Shown here: piece after piece, positions 34,014-45,309 of the stretch
Layout of the letters: every line of letters begins with the position of its first letter
Numbering within the stretch: position 1 is the first letter of the stretch
From: a virus
Virus record (IMG/VR): IMGVR_UViG_3300028027_000060
Coordinates: 6,062 to 70,061 of that record
Length of the DNA stretch: 64,000 bases
Strand: one strand, 5' to 3'
Made by a program: the position numbers and the translations under genes
The notes under the pieces: generated by a model
What the model was told of the DNA's origin: nothing
The model's database searches: none
The model's input: the letters and a program-made list of their open reading frames with translations, nothing else

Positions 34014-37000
34014 TTAAGATAAAACACCCTTAATTCCAACCGTAAAAAGTAACGACCCAGAGTCAACTGGTACGTACTCAACCGTGTGAGTCAAGGCGTT
34101 GGCCCTCACGTCCTCACCGTTTAACATTGCTATATCGCTGTAGTACCAGAATCCAGTCACGCCGTTGCTGCTGGGGGCTTGCCCATCTAGCGTCACAAGG
34201 CTCTCGTCGAGAATGTCGTCGTAGCTAACCGTCAACATCTTGCCCGTAAATATACTGCCGTCTACTTGAATTATCGTAATTAGCGCGTCAATGTTTGACG
34301 TCTGGTCCTTCGGGATAATCCATCCGTTTACTGGCTGCGTTGGCGGGTCATAACTAGAAGTCGTTGTGCTGCCGTTAGAATAAAAACGTGGATCGTACAG
34401 GTTCTTTCTGTAATAAACCTTTGAGTATCCCTCGTAGTTGTTCTGTATGGCGACAGGCATCGTCGTGCGCATACCGATAGGGTAGCTGCGGTTTGGTTCC
34501 GAATATGCCGTCACCGAGAACGGATAGTCCGAAACAAACGCAATGTCCTGGTAGCGCTTGAGCAATAGCGGCTGGTCATTAGACACGAAGGTTACCTTCT
34601 GTGTAAACGGCTGCCCGTGGAACTCAAACGAATTGTCCTGGTTGTGCAGATACAGCTGGCTGTTAGTGCCCCAGCCGACAAGTGTCTGGCCGAAGTTACA
34701 GAACAGCTTGAAGTTGTAGTCGTATGTAGACCTCCAGCGCATGTTGACGTAGTCAAACACCACGTGGTCGTACTCAAAGCCGCTGGTCGTGTAGTACGTG
34801 CCTGGCTTTTGGTAGTCTGCAACGTCTGGGGTAACGCCTGTAAGCGTTATCAATGTAAAGTCGTAGAACTCAAGATATGTAGCCACGCCTACGTTGCCCT
34901 GGTAAGAGTTTCCGCTCTCTGGGAACGTGATGACCATGTCGTATCCATACAGGTTGGTATGGTCTCCGAGTATAATGAAAGCCTCTGTTGGCTGAGACGG
35001 TGGATTGAATCCCCCAAATGCTGTGCCCGTGTACTGGGTGCCGAATCGGAACGCAAACCCTACCTCTCCCATCACCTCGTTCACGTATGTGCTCACAATG
35101 GCAGAGTCGTCTGCGTTGTACTTTGCAGCAAGCTCCTTGGTCTTCGCCCTGAACTTATAGTCCTTGCCCGTTTCTGGGTCTATCTCGCTCACCACGATCT
35201 GTCCGTTTGCGGAGGAATAGATGAACATACCAGCGTTGTTGTCGAAGTACATTGCCGTGCCAGATGGCAGGATGGCTGTAGCCCCAGCGTTGGTACACCC
35301 GTACAGGCTGCGGTAGTCGAACCATGACGAGAACGTCTTTCCAGATACACGGACGGTTGAGTCCGAGCCTACCTCGTTGGGGTAGTACTGGATGTATATC
35401 GAGTTTTCCTTCTTCTCCTGTATGCACTTAAGAGTCTTACCCTCGCGGCCTGAATTGTAAATCCTTACAATCTTGCCGTAAATAGGGTTCAGCTCCTGTA
35501 TGTTGTCGTTGGACAACGAGAAGTTTGAAAGACCGTTTATCTCCGTGCCGAACACATATGCGGCGGAGTGTATGGCAACCGCCTGCCTGTCTACCATCTT
35601 GGCGTTGGGGTCCTCTAACCTAAAACGCCCAAGCTGATGTATGTCACTCAGCCAGTAGTCGGAGTAGTGTGGGTCCTCTATCCAGTAGTAATACACGGCA
35701 CTTTCGCTAATAAGACCAGTGCCATAGTTTCGCTGTTTTATATAAACGTCACCGTACTGTAAGTTTAACTGAGCTGGCTGTACCTGTGAACCGCCAGTAT
35801 ACTCCTGCACCTGGTTTTGCGTAAGTAGTATCCTAAGACTATCAGAACCACCAGTTGATGGAAGGCTAGTGCTAAGAAGCGTTATGTTTTGGTCTGGGGA
35901 ATAGTTTGCGTTGATTATGTTTACCGTGCCCTGCGAAACAATTGTGTTATACACGTTAAGTTGTTGGTAGTCCCATGTGGTACCCGCAAGTTCGGATGTA
36001 TCCCCCCATGTGTATTTGTACCAACTCTCTGCCTCTGCATTGTATGCATAATGTATTGTATACGAGTCGTATACTATCCCGTGTGACCTGTCCTCTGTGT
36101 GGGCGTTGTCGATCGGAAGTGCTGGAGTAATGTCCTTCCACTCTGAGACAAACAAGCCATTGTTGTCGTCCGTAGCTGGGCGTGGGGTGTATATCTCTAT
36201 GAGCTGACCGAACAGATTGCCATTGCTCATGTTAAAGTCATCCTCTATCGAACCTTCATTAAACAAGGTTACATATATCTCCTGCCTGTTTGGCCTTGCA
36301 GTATCCGCTGTTCCGCCTACTGGGTTGTACTCTAAAACTTCAAGCTCCAAATACGGTATGTACTCAAATGTAGTGGCATCTGTCTGCACGCCTTCTGGGC
36401 GCTGTCTGATAAATCGTACACGGTCGCCTACCTGTATCTGGTGGTTTATTGAAGCGCCCTTGTTCTGACTCGTGTAGTAGTTATCAATCTGCATCCTGTA
36501 ACGATTATTGGACGCGCTCTCCAATGTAATCGCTGAGTTGTAATTGTTTCCGTTTGCGTCAGCGGCCGACGTTACAGTGTACTGGCCAAAGCTCAATATC
36601 TCTGTAGCAGGCTTTGCGACAATCCAGTACTTGTCCGCCCATACGGGAGGCTGGTGATTTATTGTAAGCCTAGCGCCTACAGTAAAAGGATTTTGTGGGT
36701 TGGATAGCCCAGTCCTGTTTATGTCGTAAAACCATGGGACAAATACGCTCATAGTATTCTGCGTAAGAACCGTGCCGTCTCTATAGGCCCTATCCCCGTA
36801 TACTATACCAAACTGGTGCGTGGCGCCTACCTTTAGTGAAGGCGTAGGAAGCGTCTGCCTTGTGGTCCTAACACGAGGATCGGCTATGCCGTCTATGTTA
36901 GCCCCAGCCGTAAATGAATACGTAACAGAAGCCCCTGTAGGGGCGGCTACACCATATGCATAGCCAAGCTGATCCATGAAGTTGTCACAAATTGCTTGCA

Positions 37001-38324
37001 TGATGTATATGTTCCAATCCATTGGGTTAGGACCAGATGCCAATGCGCTGTTTATAACCGACTGACTCAATTGGTAAGTCATCTGACCAAGGGGAACGCT
37101 GGTAGGTGCTGGACCCCAAAAAACTGTACCCGCAGAAAACGGGAACGTAGTAATTGCATTAAAATCGGTAGCGTCGGTCTTTATAAACGACGAACCAAAT
37201 GCATACGTTATATCAAAGTCTATAGCGCCAAAAGGATTCCATTTAATCTCGCTAAGCGTGTAGTCCATGCCCACATCCAATTCGATCTTGTCGTATGACT
37301 CACGAAAGTTGGCGTATACCAACTGGTTTGTAGGTAGATATTCCTGGCAGTCCGAAGTGATGGGCAGCCTGTCGTAGTTCTTGAGCGCGTCTATTGCGCC
37401 CTTGGTTGCCACGTTGCCGTAAAACTTTACCGTCCAGTAAAAATTATCTGGCATGCCGTCCACTGTCTTGTCAAGCTCCAAAAACACACCAAACGGGGTT
37501 ATTGCCCCGCCCGTGGTCTGGTCGAACTCCTGCACCGCTAGATTGAACTTCCTTACAACCTTTGGCCCCGTGTTAAAAGAAACTGTGACGCAGTTGTCGT
37601 TGTTGAGGCCGATAAAGTTCGTGCCCGTTACAAGTTCAGACTGGGTAGGGAGTGCCAGGTTTGAGTACATAGACCACACGCCTATTTCTCCATTCTCGTA
37701 GATCGGTTGAACGATAAACTTGAACAGCTTCTTGCGGAGCTTGTTGTCGTTGCGCGTGATGTCCGTAGTAAACTCAGAAATTGGCGGCTCTAATGGCCAC
37801 TTGATGGCGTCGATCGCCTGTAGGTCTATTGACGTGTAGTATACGTCCAGGGCCTTCTGTAGGTTGATCTGGAACGGAGGGTTGAAAAGTCTCACGCCAT
37901 CGGCGTCGTACATCTCTGGGTCCCAGCGGCCGTCGGTCCACTTCAACAGGTCGTCAACCACGTTGGCGTGGTATACTGGCCAGTCTGGGCTGAAGTTAAA
38001 CTGCTCGGTGGATATAACCGTCTCGTGTGTCTTGCTGTCGATGTAGTACACGCATATCGAGTCCGCGCCTACTGGGCGGTAAACGAAATAAACGATTGCA
38101 CGCTTTTTAAGCCATATTGTGGCGCCCACCACCTGGTCCTGAAACTCGATGGATGGGTTGTTAATTTCTATGGTACCAAGTGAGGTCTCTACGGCAAAGC
38201 CGTTACCAGAATTGTATCCAAGGCGACAATAAGAAAAGTCGCGGTAGTCACCCTTGGGAAATCCCTGTGGGGTGTCGTCGGTGTTTATACCGCCAGTAAA
38301 ACTTATGGTCTCGTTAAATTCCAT
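34014..38324 (-). CDS. tail stabilization/nozzle protein (crAss-like, P22 gp10-like role)
   Basis: F.GGINTD N-terminus, SLK.GA..QFGIVY.D...R, INGLSNF. Confidence 0.75.
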   Translation of the reverse strand: MEFNETISFTGGINTDDTPQGFPKGDYRDFSYCRLGYNSGNGFAVETSLGTIEINNPSIEFQDQVVGATIWLKKRAIVYFVYRPVGADSICVYYIDSKTHETVISTEQFNFSPDWPVYHANVVDDLLKWTDGRWDPEMYDADGVRLFNPPFQINLQKALDVYYTSIDLQAIDAIKWPLEPPISEFTTDITRNDNKLRKKLFKFIVQPIYENGEIGVWSMYSNLALPTQSELVTGTNFIGLNNDNCVTVSFNTGPKVVRKFNLAVQEFDQTTGGAITPFGVFLELDKTVDGMPDNFYWTVKFYGNVATKGAIDALKNYDRLPITSDCQEYLPTNQLVYANFRESYDKIELDVGMDYTLSEIKWNPFGAIDFDITYAFGSSFIKTDATDFNAITTFPFSAGTVFWGPAPTSVPLGQMTYQLSQSVINSALASGPNPMDWNIYIMQAICDNFMDQLGYAYGVAAPTGASVTYSFTAGANIDGIADPRVRTTRQTLPTPSLKVGATHQFGIVYGDRAYRDGTVLTQNTMSVFVPWFYDINRTGLSNPQNPFTVGARLTINHQPPVWADKYWIVAKPATEILSFGQYTVTSAADANGNNYNSAITLESASNNRYRMQIDNYYTSQNKGASINHQIQVGDRVRFIRQRPEGVQTDATTFEYIPYLELEVLEYNPVGGTADTARPNRQEIYVTLFNEGSIEDDFNMSNGNLFGQLIEIYTPRPATDDNNGLFVSEWKDITPALPIDNAHTEDRSHGIVYDSYTIHYAYNAEAESWYKYTWGDTSELAGTTWDYQQLNVYNTIVSQGTVNIINANYSPDQNITLLSTSLPSTGGSDSLRILLTQNQVQEYTGGSQVQPAQLNLQYGDVYIKQRNYGTGLISESAVYYYWIEDPHYSDYWLSDIHQLGRFRLEDPNAKMVDRQAVAIHSAAYVFGTEINGLSNFSLSNDNIQELNPIYGKIVRIYNSGREGKTLKCIQEKKENSIYIQYYPNEVGSDSTVRVSGKTFSSWFDYRSLYGCTNAGATAILPSGTAMYFDNNAGMFIYSSANGQIVVSEIDPETGKDYKFRAKTKELAAKYNADDSAIVSTYVNEVMGEVGFAFRFGTQYTGTAFGGFNPPSQPTEAFIILGDHTNLYGYDMVITFPESGNSYQGNVGVATYLEFYDFTLITLTGVTPDVADYQKPGTYYTTSGFEYDHVVFDYVNMRWRSTYDYNFKLFCNFGQTLVGWGTNSQLYLHNQDNSFEFHGQPFTQKVTFVSNDQPLLLKRYQDIAFVSDYPFSVTAYSEPNRSYPIGMRTTMPVAIQNNYEGYSKVYYRKNLYDPRFYSNGSTTTSSYDPPTQPVNGWIIPKDQTSNIDALITIIQVDGSIFTGKMLTVSYDDILDESLVTLDGQAPSSNGVTGFWYYSDIAMLNGEDVRANALTHTVEYVPVDSGSLLFTVGIKGVLS

Positions 38325-39055
38325 TATCCTAGATTAAATTCTGACGCCTGTGCAAGCGCGTCGATCATCTCACTGAGGCGTGGCGCCTTAACCAGCAGGT
38401 TGGCGCTCCATTGGGCCGCCTCGTACTGCATCTGAAGTTCTTTGTATTTGCTCATGTCCCCCTGGCTTCCCCTGTGGAAACAATACTCGCTCATCAGGTA
38501 CAGACGGAATGGCTCCGCGTATGCGACATCAATCATGGTGTTCTCGTTGACCTCTGATCCGTTTGAGAAGTACTCAATGATCAGCTTTCCGTCTGGGATG
38601 TTGTGGTCAAAGATGATGTTGTTGCCATCGATGCGGTAGTAGTTCTCGTTACGGCCACCGCCCATGGTGTAGTTCGGGTAGTTGTAGAAGTACCCAAAGT
38701 ATCCCGTTGGAAAGAATCCGTCGGCTATAACCGAGTCATCCTTGTCGCTCTCGCACTGGAAGAACTCCTCTGGGTAAGTAAGCGAGTTGTCTGGCGTAAG
38801 CGTCCATATACGACGGCCAGACCTTAGTCCCACCTTTGAAATGCGGATGCAGTCCGACGGCATGGTGAACACACGGGCACCAGTGTCGATGCTTGCGTTC
38901 ACGGTCTTGAGGGACACGTTGCCGTCGAGCGGACTCTTCTCGCTCAAGTAGTCGATGGCTACCTGCGTCATCCACGTAAGCTCACGACCTGTAGGGTTTT
39001 TGCCCAGGCGGTATAGAGCCGATGTGGCAATGTATTTTATGTTCTTAATTGTCAT
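38324..39055 (-). CDS. tail ring/adaptor protein
   Basis: Size, position and MP.D.IRI.KVG motif. Confidence 0.65.
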   Translation of the reverse strand: MTIKNIKYIATSALYRLGKNPTGRELTWMTQVAIDYLSEKSPLDGNVSLKTVNASIDTGARVFTMPSDCIRISKVGLRSGRRIWTLTPDNSLTYPEEFFQCESDKDDSVIADGFFPTGYFGYFYNYPNYTMGGGRNENYYRIDGNNIIFDHNIPDGKLIIEYFSNGSEVNENTMIDVAYAEPFRLYLMSEYCFHRGSQGDMSKYKELQMQYEAAQWSANLLVKAPRLSEMIDALAQASEFNLG

Positions 39056-39651
39056 CCTTGAGTCCTTTGAGATTGAGCGTCAACACCGTCGTTATTCAAA
39101 TCGTCTTGGAACCCTTGCGTAGAAAGCAGCTGCATGCACGTCTGGAACAGCATGGTTTCACCCTTGCCTGTCTCATCGCTTGGCACAATCAACACGTCGT
39201 CGTCTCCCATCTGGTACACGTTAGGAACCATGGTAACCGTTACGTCGCCCGTAGGCTTCTTGTTGAAACGCAGCTTGTCTTTGAACAATATAGCGGCAGA
39301 GTTGTTTCCCCCACGCAGCACATTGAGCGCGTTTGATTCCGCCTTGGTCTGAATCGAGTAGGAATTAAATCCCGACGACTCGTCCTCTACACTAAAAATG
39401 GCAAGAGTCCCCGCGATTGGCTGTGGACTCAGTGTTACATAGTAACCGTTTGCATCTGATGCTGGTGTGAAGACATAGGGGACCGACATGTCGCTGGCCT
39501 CATATGGGTCTCGGCTCACAATGTCGGCAAGTGCCAAATTGAGTATGCGCGAGATAATCGACCGAGGATACAGGCGGCGCAAGTCCTCTGGGACGTCGCC
39601 ACCAGTCAGCCTGTGCTGTATTAGTTCTATGGCCTGGCGTTTCGTAATCAT
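39052..39651 (-). CDS. tail ring/adaptor protein
   Basis: Position; L.GGD N-terminal motif. Confidence 0.6.
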   Translation of the reverse strand: MITKRQAIELIQHRLTGGDVPEDLRRLYPRSIISRILNLALADIVSRDPYEASDMSVPYVFTPASDANGYYVTLSPQPIAGTLAIFSVEDESSGFNSYSIQTKAESNALNVLRGGNNSAAILFKDKLRFNKKPTGDVTVTMVPNVYQMGDDDVLIVPSDETGKGETMLFQTCMQLLSTQGFQDDLNNDGVDAQSQRTQG

Positions 39652-40400
39652 ACTTTACTTGGCATTTGAGTTTGAATGTCCCACTGATCTTGGTTTCCAA
39701 TTCCAACGTAGGTCTTGAGCATATCAATCAAATGGTCAACACAGCTTTCTGGGTACTCAAATTCAACACTTAAACTCGGCTGTCCGAAGTTCGGGCCAGG
39801 CGTGGTGTGAACCGATCCTGGTGGTAAATATACGGGAATCCCGTTAACAATGTCGTAGTCAAAGTAAGGAACTTCTGGAGTTCTTATGTATGTAAACGTG
39901 ATTCTTGGCAGGTAGGGATAGATGAAATACTTGTCGTTACGGGTAACGATGATTGGGTCATTCTCCTGCGGATTGTCCACGGGGCTTGTAATCGAGTTAC
40001 GCATCTTGGCGTCGAACTCGTGCTGACTTACAAACTCTACACTCCTGTAATTAGTCTCGTAACCGCAGTCCACGTTCAAAATCTCAAGGTAACTTGAACT
40101 TGCCTGGTACCACATATCCAATGGAATCGTGGCATAACCGCCGCGTTCTGGCCGTCCCTGCAACACAGGTGTGAACGACATTGCTGGGTATTGTGGTGAA
40201 CCTAAAGTCTTAATGAACGTCTGCAAGTCACTTGTAACCTCTCGGTCCTTTTCAAACACGTCAACCAAACGGTTCAGATACCTCTGATTAACCGTGTTGA
40301 TTGCCTTATTGAAGGTATCGGGCGTGATGTAACCACCCCTTAGGTCTTTACCAGCCCTAAAGAGTAAGTCATCATATATTTGACCGAGGTTAGTAGTCAT
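39648..40400 (-). CDS. tail ring/tubular protein
   Basis: GYITP..FN, IYP...TYIR.P motifs. Confidence 0.65.
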   Translation of the reverse strand: MTTNLGQIYDDLLFRAGKDLRGGYITPDTFNKAINTVNQRYLNRLVDVFEKDREVTSDLQTFIKTLGSPQYPAMSFTPVLQGRPERGGYATIPLDMWYQASSSYLEILNVDCGYETNYRSVEFVSQHEFDAKMRNSITSPVDNPQENDPIIVTRNDKYFIYPYLPRITFTYIRTPEVPYFDYDIVNGIPVYLPPGSVHTTPGPNFGQPSLSVEFEYPESCVDHLIDMLKTYVGIGNQDQWDIQTQMPSKV

Positions 40401-42823
40401 TATGGGTAGATCTCGATTTTAACAATAGCCCCGTTAATTAATCCGTTAGTGAATCCGCCAAGGCCAAAAGCATTTGATGATGTTACAGTAAATTCAGTTG
40501 TACTTGCAATACCCGCCATCATTATATATGCACCAGAAGAGCTAGGTGTGACGTAAACCGCTGTCTTATCAGTAGTCAAAACAGCTGAAGATGCTGTAGC
40601 CCTATAAATTCCAGAGACTATAATACTCCATGTGAACGTAGCCCCAGTTGTATTAGCAATAACGGTTGCGGTTGGTACTGATGATCCAGTTTGAGTTATC
40701 CTAGCAATATAAACTAATGGACCAGAAGACAATGGGGTCTCTATTATTGCTCCAAATGAATCTACAGACAAACTGTAGGTTGGTGTACGCATTGTTATTG
40801 CGGGAGTGAAATCCCCATCACCATAATTAGGGGCAATTACAAGTCCATCCCCCGCTAGGGTCAATGCGGTTGCCAATGTTCCGTTTGACGTTTTAAAGTC
40901 TATCTTTGACTCTAAGCCTCCCGCATTTACCCATTTTGTTACTATTGAGCTTGCGGTGTACTCACCTGCTGAATTAGCGCTAAGTCTTGTATCAATAGTT
41001 CCGCCGTAGCCATTACCTCCACCGCTTGTCTTTTCTCCAGTAATTTGTAACAGAGTGTATTCGGTGTTAGACCCAGCACCCGTAACGCGTCTTGACTCAA
41101 ATGGGATTGAATTAGAAGCAACCTTTAAGGGAAGAAAGCCTGTGGTTGATGTAACCGATAATGAGTGGCCGTTTGCATCTATCACAGTGTCCCCCGTCAA
41201 TTGTCCGCCAAGTTCAACATTGTTGGCGGTTTCTGTCAAACCGTTAGATGCGCTTACTATAGCGTCGGCTTGTAGCGCAGATACGTCACCTTGAAGGGCG
41301 ATAATATCAGAGTCGTAGTCAATGTTTTTCAACTGCTGTAAGGCAAGCTGAGTGGCCGCCTGTGTGAGCTGACCCTGTACATTGTTTGCCGTAAGTGGTG
41401 CAAGTGGATCGGCTGAAACGTCTGCCGCCGTGGTCACGACCTGGTAGTCGAAGAACTTAACCCAAACAGCTGACCCTGCTGTGTTGTCTGTACACAGGTA
41501 GAGGATGTTTGTGTTGGTGTCCTCCCAAATGGCTCCATTCTCCACGCCCTGAGTGCTGTCCTCGTTTTCGGCTGGTATGCCGTCAAACAAACGGAACTGA
41601 ATGGCGTTGATGAGCGTATCGATTGTAGATGCAGCATTGTTGTCCACCCACTGGAAGGTGTCTGGGTCGCAGCATCCGCAATCACAACCCGAAGCATCAA
41701 GTTGGGCCTCGATAAGCGCAAGTGTGCTGCGATACTTTTCAATGTCACCGCAAGAGCGATAGTTTTGAGCTTGTGTGTAGTAAAGCAACACGTTGTCTAC
41801 AAACACCTGGTACTTAGAGATACGGTTACGCTGAAGTTCTGCGGCGTGGGCATTGCGAAGGCTTTCCATGCAGGGGATTAGTCCGCAAAGAGATCCAACA
41901 CAGCTAACCACGAACTCTTGAGTCCCTGAAGACGTGTACTGAAGGATCAAGCCATCGGTCTGGGTCTTCTGAATAACCTGGCTCAACGACACGCCAAATG
42001 TTCCAGTAGCAAGCACGTTGTTGCTGTATGGAAGCGTGTTCGTTACAATCTGAGAGTTGAACGTAGGGGTTAAGCTGGTCCAGGCTGGGTAGTTAATTGT
42101 AGCGTTTAGGCTTGCAATTGTTTGGCCGTTCAATACCGTTGAGTTGGCTACCGCAAATGTTCCGTTTGTGCCGACCTCGCAGTCGTATGTAAACGTGATG
42201 TCCGTGGTCGCCTGTACACATCCAGAATAAGAATATACAGCGTCAAGCTGTACGTTGGTGATGTCAAAGTTTACATTGATGTCTACGTCGTTGTCCAAAC
42301 CTGTCGTGACAATCGTCATGATGTCTCCAGCAAGGTTTAGTGATGCAGAAACAACGGTTGCGTTTGTGCTGCTAGGCAACATAAGCAACTGGTTTCCTGC
42401 CTCAAAGAAGTTTACGTATCCAAGACCAGTAGTTGACTGTATGTCGTTAGGGAAGTTGATGCCCACGTCAAGTATCGCCCCAGCTAAACGAAGAGAATAA
42501 GTGAACGTATAAACCCCATTTGCCGCGTTTCCGTTGGTGTCAAGGGTCAACGGAAAGGTGTAAACTGGGGTCTGCCCTGGATTGAGCGTACCCCAGTTTT
42601 CTAAATCTATCAAAGGATCTTCGTCCGTGTTCTTGTCCACGATGATGTCCCCGTTAAAAGTGATTATACCCTTCCCCTTTGCCTGGTTTGTCAAAAGGTC
42701 TATTCCCAACCCCCCAGGTCCTGAGTAATTGGTTGAGTCTGTTACGATACCTCTCGGCTCTAACGCGCCCGTTGTAGGGTTTGTGTACGTTAGGTCAAAC
42801 GTAAGGGTTACGGTACTGATCAT
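40400..42823 (-). CDS. virion structural (collar/head-fibre-like) protein
   Basis: GCDCGCC motif, NGL....VELGG.L, C-terminal Y.A.ITQTG...P and IEIYP module. Confidence 0.65.
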   Translation of the reverse strand: MISTVTLTFDLTYTNPTTGALEPRGIVTDSTNYSGPGGLGIDLLTNQAKGKGIITFNGDIIVDKNTDEDPLIDLENWGTLNPGQTPVYTFPLTLDTNGNAANGVYTFTYSLRLAGAILDVGINFPNDIQSTTGLGYVNFFEAGNQLLMLPSSTNATVVSASLNLAGDIMTIVTTGLDNDVDINVNFDITNVQLDAVYSYSGCVQATTDITFTYDCEVGTNGTFAVANSTVLNGQTIASLNATINYPAWTSLTPTFNSQIVTNTLPYSNNVLATGTFGVSLSQVIQKTQTDGLILQYTSSGTQEFVVSCVGSLCGLIPCMESLRNAHAAELQRNRISKYQVFVDNVLLYYTQAQNYRSCGDIEKYRSTLALIEAQLDASGCDCGCCDPDTFQWVDNNAASTIDTLINAIQFRLFDGIPAENEDSTQGVENGAIWEDTNTNILYLCTDNTAGSAVWVKFFDYQVVTTAADVSADPLAPLTANNVQGQLTQAATQLALQQLKNIDYDSDIIALQGDVSALQADAIVSASNGLTETANNVELGGQLTGDTVIDANGHSLSVTSTTGFLPLKVASNSIPFESRRVTGAGSNTEYTLLQITGEKTSGGGNGYGGTIDTRLSANSAGEYTASSIVTKWVNAGGLESKIDFKTSNGTLATALTLAGDGLVIAPNYGDGDFTPAITMRTPTYSLSVDSFGAIIETPLSSGPLVYIARITQTGSSVPTATVIANTTGATFTWSIIVSGIYRATASSAVLTTDKTAVYVTPSSSGAYIMMAGIASTTEFTVTSSNAFGLGGFTNGLINGAIVKIEIYP

Positions 42824-42826
42824 CTT

Positions 42827-43753
42827 TTATAGTTTTCTTAATTTACCTAATAATTCTTCATTCACTTTGAGGTGGTCAATCAAGGCAAACGCAGCCTCGC
42901 TGCCAGCTGCGGACTCAAAAAATGGCGTCTTTAGCCATTTGGTTCCGTCACCTCTACGGTCGCGAATATACCACAAACCGTCCTCATTTTTGATAAAATT
43001 TTCACCCAAAAGTCTGTTTACCAGCTCGTGTACTGACTCTTCATCTGAAGACTTTGTCTGCTTTGGGGTTGCCGATTCAATAATTTCAAACGCGTTCTTC
43101 TTAAATGTTTCAGTTCCATTCTTGATTGCGTCATGAAGCATTACACGAGTCTCATCATCGGTGTGCAGTGGCGTCAATCCAAGGCCGTCTACAACCTTCA
43201 AGACAACCGCATAATCCAATGTGAAGTAAATAAGGTCCTCAAGCTGACGAGCCGACTTAGCGGTTTCAATCTTGCTTCTAGCCTCAACGTGCTTCATTTC
43301 AAATTCGTACATCTGATCCATTGACTTATAAATGGACTTATTTCCATTTACAATTGGACACATATATTGAATGTAGAATAATAAATCCTTTTGATGTGGT
43401 TGAATTTTAAATCCATCACCAATCTCAATTCGAGAATTTTGATAGTTTACGCTTCCGTTTATTTGAGTTGGGGACACACTGGTATAAATCAATGTGTATT
43501 CTGACTCAGTTTCTTTATCGTAAAAGTTAGCCTTTGTCTTTATAGACGAAGCTCCTGGCGCTTGAACAAACAGTCTAGGATCTGCGTCAGGATTATTACT
43601 AGGAACCTTGTGGGTTTTTAGTTTATACTGGTCTCTAACTCTTAAAACAACAGCACGTTTGTTGTTGAAAAATTCAGGAAAATCATTTCTTAACTCTTGT
43701 TCTGCCCATTTAGGAATTTCTACAGGCTTGTTGTCGCTTAAATCGAATATCAT
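42827..43753 (-). CDS. conserved protein downstream of the major capsid gene
   Basis: Position and codon usage. Confidence 0.7.
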   Translation of the reverse strand: MIFDLSDNKPVEIPKWAEQELRNDFPEFFNNKRAVVLRVRDQYKLKTHKVPSNNPDADPRLFVQAPGASSIKTKANFYDKETESEYTLIYTSVSPTQINGSVNYQNSRIEIGDGFKIQPHQKDLLFYIQYMCPIVNGNKSIYKSMDQMYEFEMKHVEARSKIETAKSARQLEDLIYFTLDYAVVLKVVDGLGLTPLHTDDETRVMLHDAIKNGTETFKKNAFEIIESATPKQTKSSDEESVHELVNRLLGENFIKNEDGLWYIRDRRGDGTKWLKTPFFESAAGSEAAFALIDHLKVNEELLGKLRKL

Positions 43754-43770
43754 TTTGTTTTATTTTATAT

Positions 43771-43802
43771 AAAACAGGGAGAGGTTGCCCCCTCCCCGTT
43801 TT
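43771..43802 (-). terminator. terminator after the major capsid gene
   Basis: GC-rich imperfect stem with T tract. Confidence 0.6.
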
Positions 43803-43817
43803 GAGTTTACATTAAAA

Positions 43818-45284
43818 TTATGCAGTGAACAAGCCGTACTTGTTTGCGTTAACAAACTTGTAACCGACTTCAGATACAATGTGAACGCCAAGTTCCCAGT
43901 TCTCTGTCTTGTTAGCAGCCGCACGGCCACCAGTTTGCCACATGTTCATGAACGCACCTGGCTTGTGGCACATACGGATGTATTTACCCATGTTACCAAT
44001 ACCGTCGTCAACACCTCCGTTAGTACTAAGAGGGATGAAGAATGCAAGGTTTTTCCAAGTATTTTGTGTGTTAGTAGAACCAACACCAAACATGGTTGGG
44101 TTGTCAAAGATACCCATACGAACAAATCCGAAGTTCTTGTTGTTGAACACCAAATTGTTGAATGAGAAAGTCTTGCTCATCAAGTCAGCGTAAGCGCCCT
44201 CGCCCCAGAAGGTTTTCTCCATCTGAACCTTATTAATAGCGATGTTAAGGTTTAACGGGTTTTGAGCTGTTGTTACACCTGTTCCTGTGAACAAACCTTG
44301 TTCCATCAACGCCTGCATGTAACCGCTTGCCCACACCATGTAGTTCTTTACAGAACCGTCCTGTGAAGTCAAGGCAGCTTCCATTGCGTAGAAGTCAGTT
44401 GGATCAACTCCAGCTACAGAAGCGGCAACTGAAACAATAGTGCTAATACCACCTCCATTTGAACCAGAGCCATTGTTTTGAATTGCATTAAGCAATCCCT
44501 GTGTGGTTTGGAATGATGAAGTTGATGGCAATTGATAGTTAGTGCTTCCTGTTGGAACACCCGCAAAGAAGGTGTTTACCAATGCAACTTGATGCTCACG
44601 CTGCAAGTAGATGATGTCGCGTGAGTTAGAGTATGGAGTTTGAACCCCGTTCTCCAACTGTGAGTACCAAAGTTGGTTGTAAAGCGCCTCAGAGCTAGAC
44701 TTGGTGTCGTTACGGAAAGTTTGCAAGTAAGAGGTGTGAACCGTGTCAAATGTAAACTTAGAGTCAAAAGCACCGCTGTTTTCTTTAGCTGAATTACCTA
44801 CATAGTAGTAGTAGCTATCAGCACCTGGATCAGTTGATGTGCTTAGCAAAGGCAAAAGCGTAACGGATGGGGTTGCTGGAGTAGTAGCCGTAACTTGAAA
44901 AAGTGCGCCAGTTTTAGCGCTCTTCCAAATATCACCTACAGTTGGGAACATATACGGAGTTCCACCAACGGTAGTTACGCTCGCAGCAGTAACGGTTACT
45001 ACAAATCCAGCTGCTGCTGAACCTGTTGCCGCGCCTACCTGTTGGATAGGGGCCTCCATACGAGTCATCTCAAACCAACGAACCTTAGGGTTCTTTGCAA
45101 TTTCGCGGTTACCTACCGCGTTCATGATCTGGTTCATAGCGTCCCAGTATTCGTCACCGAATGGGAGGTATGCTACCGCGTCAAAATCTTCCATCAAGGC
45201 GTCCCAGTTGTTCTGGATCCCGCCATAGGTCATCGAACCCGTACTAATAGGAGGGGCGATGGCTGGGCTTTGTGAAAATGCCAT
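43818..45284 (-). CDS. major capsid protein
   Basis: 488 aa after portal and scaffold; WFE, YLQTFR, TTQGL and SEVG....NAN patterns; high-expression codon bias; terminator follows. Confidence 0.8.
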   Translation of the reverse strand: MAFSQSPAIAPPISTGSMTYGGIQNNWDALMEDFDAVAYLPFGDEYWDAMNQIMNAVGNREIAKNPKVRWFEMTRMEAPIQQVGAATGSAAAGFVVTVTAASVTTVGGTPYMFPTVGDIWKSAKTGALFQVTATTPATPSVTLLPLLSTSTDPGADSYYYYVGNSAKENSGAFDSKFTFDTVHTSYLQTFRNDTKSSSEALYNQLWYSQLENGVQTPYSNSRDIIYLQREHQVALVNTFFAGVPTGSTNYQLPSTSSFQTTQGLLNAIQNNGSGSNGGGISTIVSVAASVAGVDPTDFYAMEAALTSQDGSVKNYMVWASGYMQALMEQGLFTGTGVTTAQNPLNLNIAINKVQMEKTFWGEGAYADLMSKTFSFNNLVFNNKNFGFVRMGIFDNPTMFGVGSTNTQNTWKNLAFFIPLSTNGGVDDGIGNMGKYIRMCHKPGAFMNMWQTGGRAAANKTENWELGVHIVSEVGYKFVNANKYGLFTA

Positions 45285-45309
45285 TTTATTAAATTTTTTT
45301 AACTGTTAA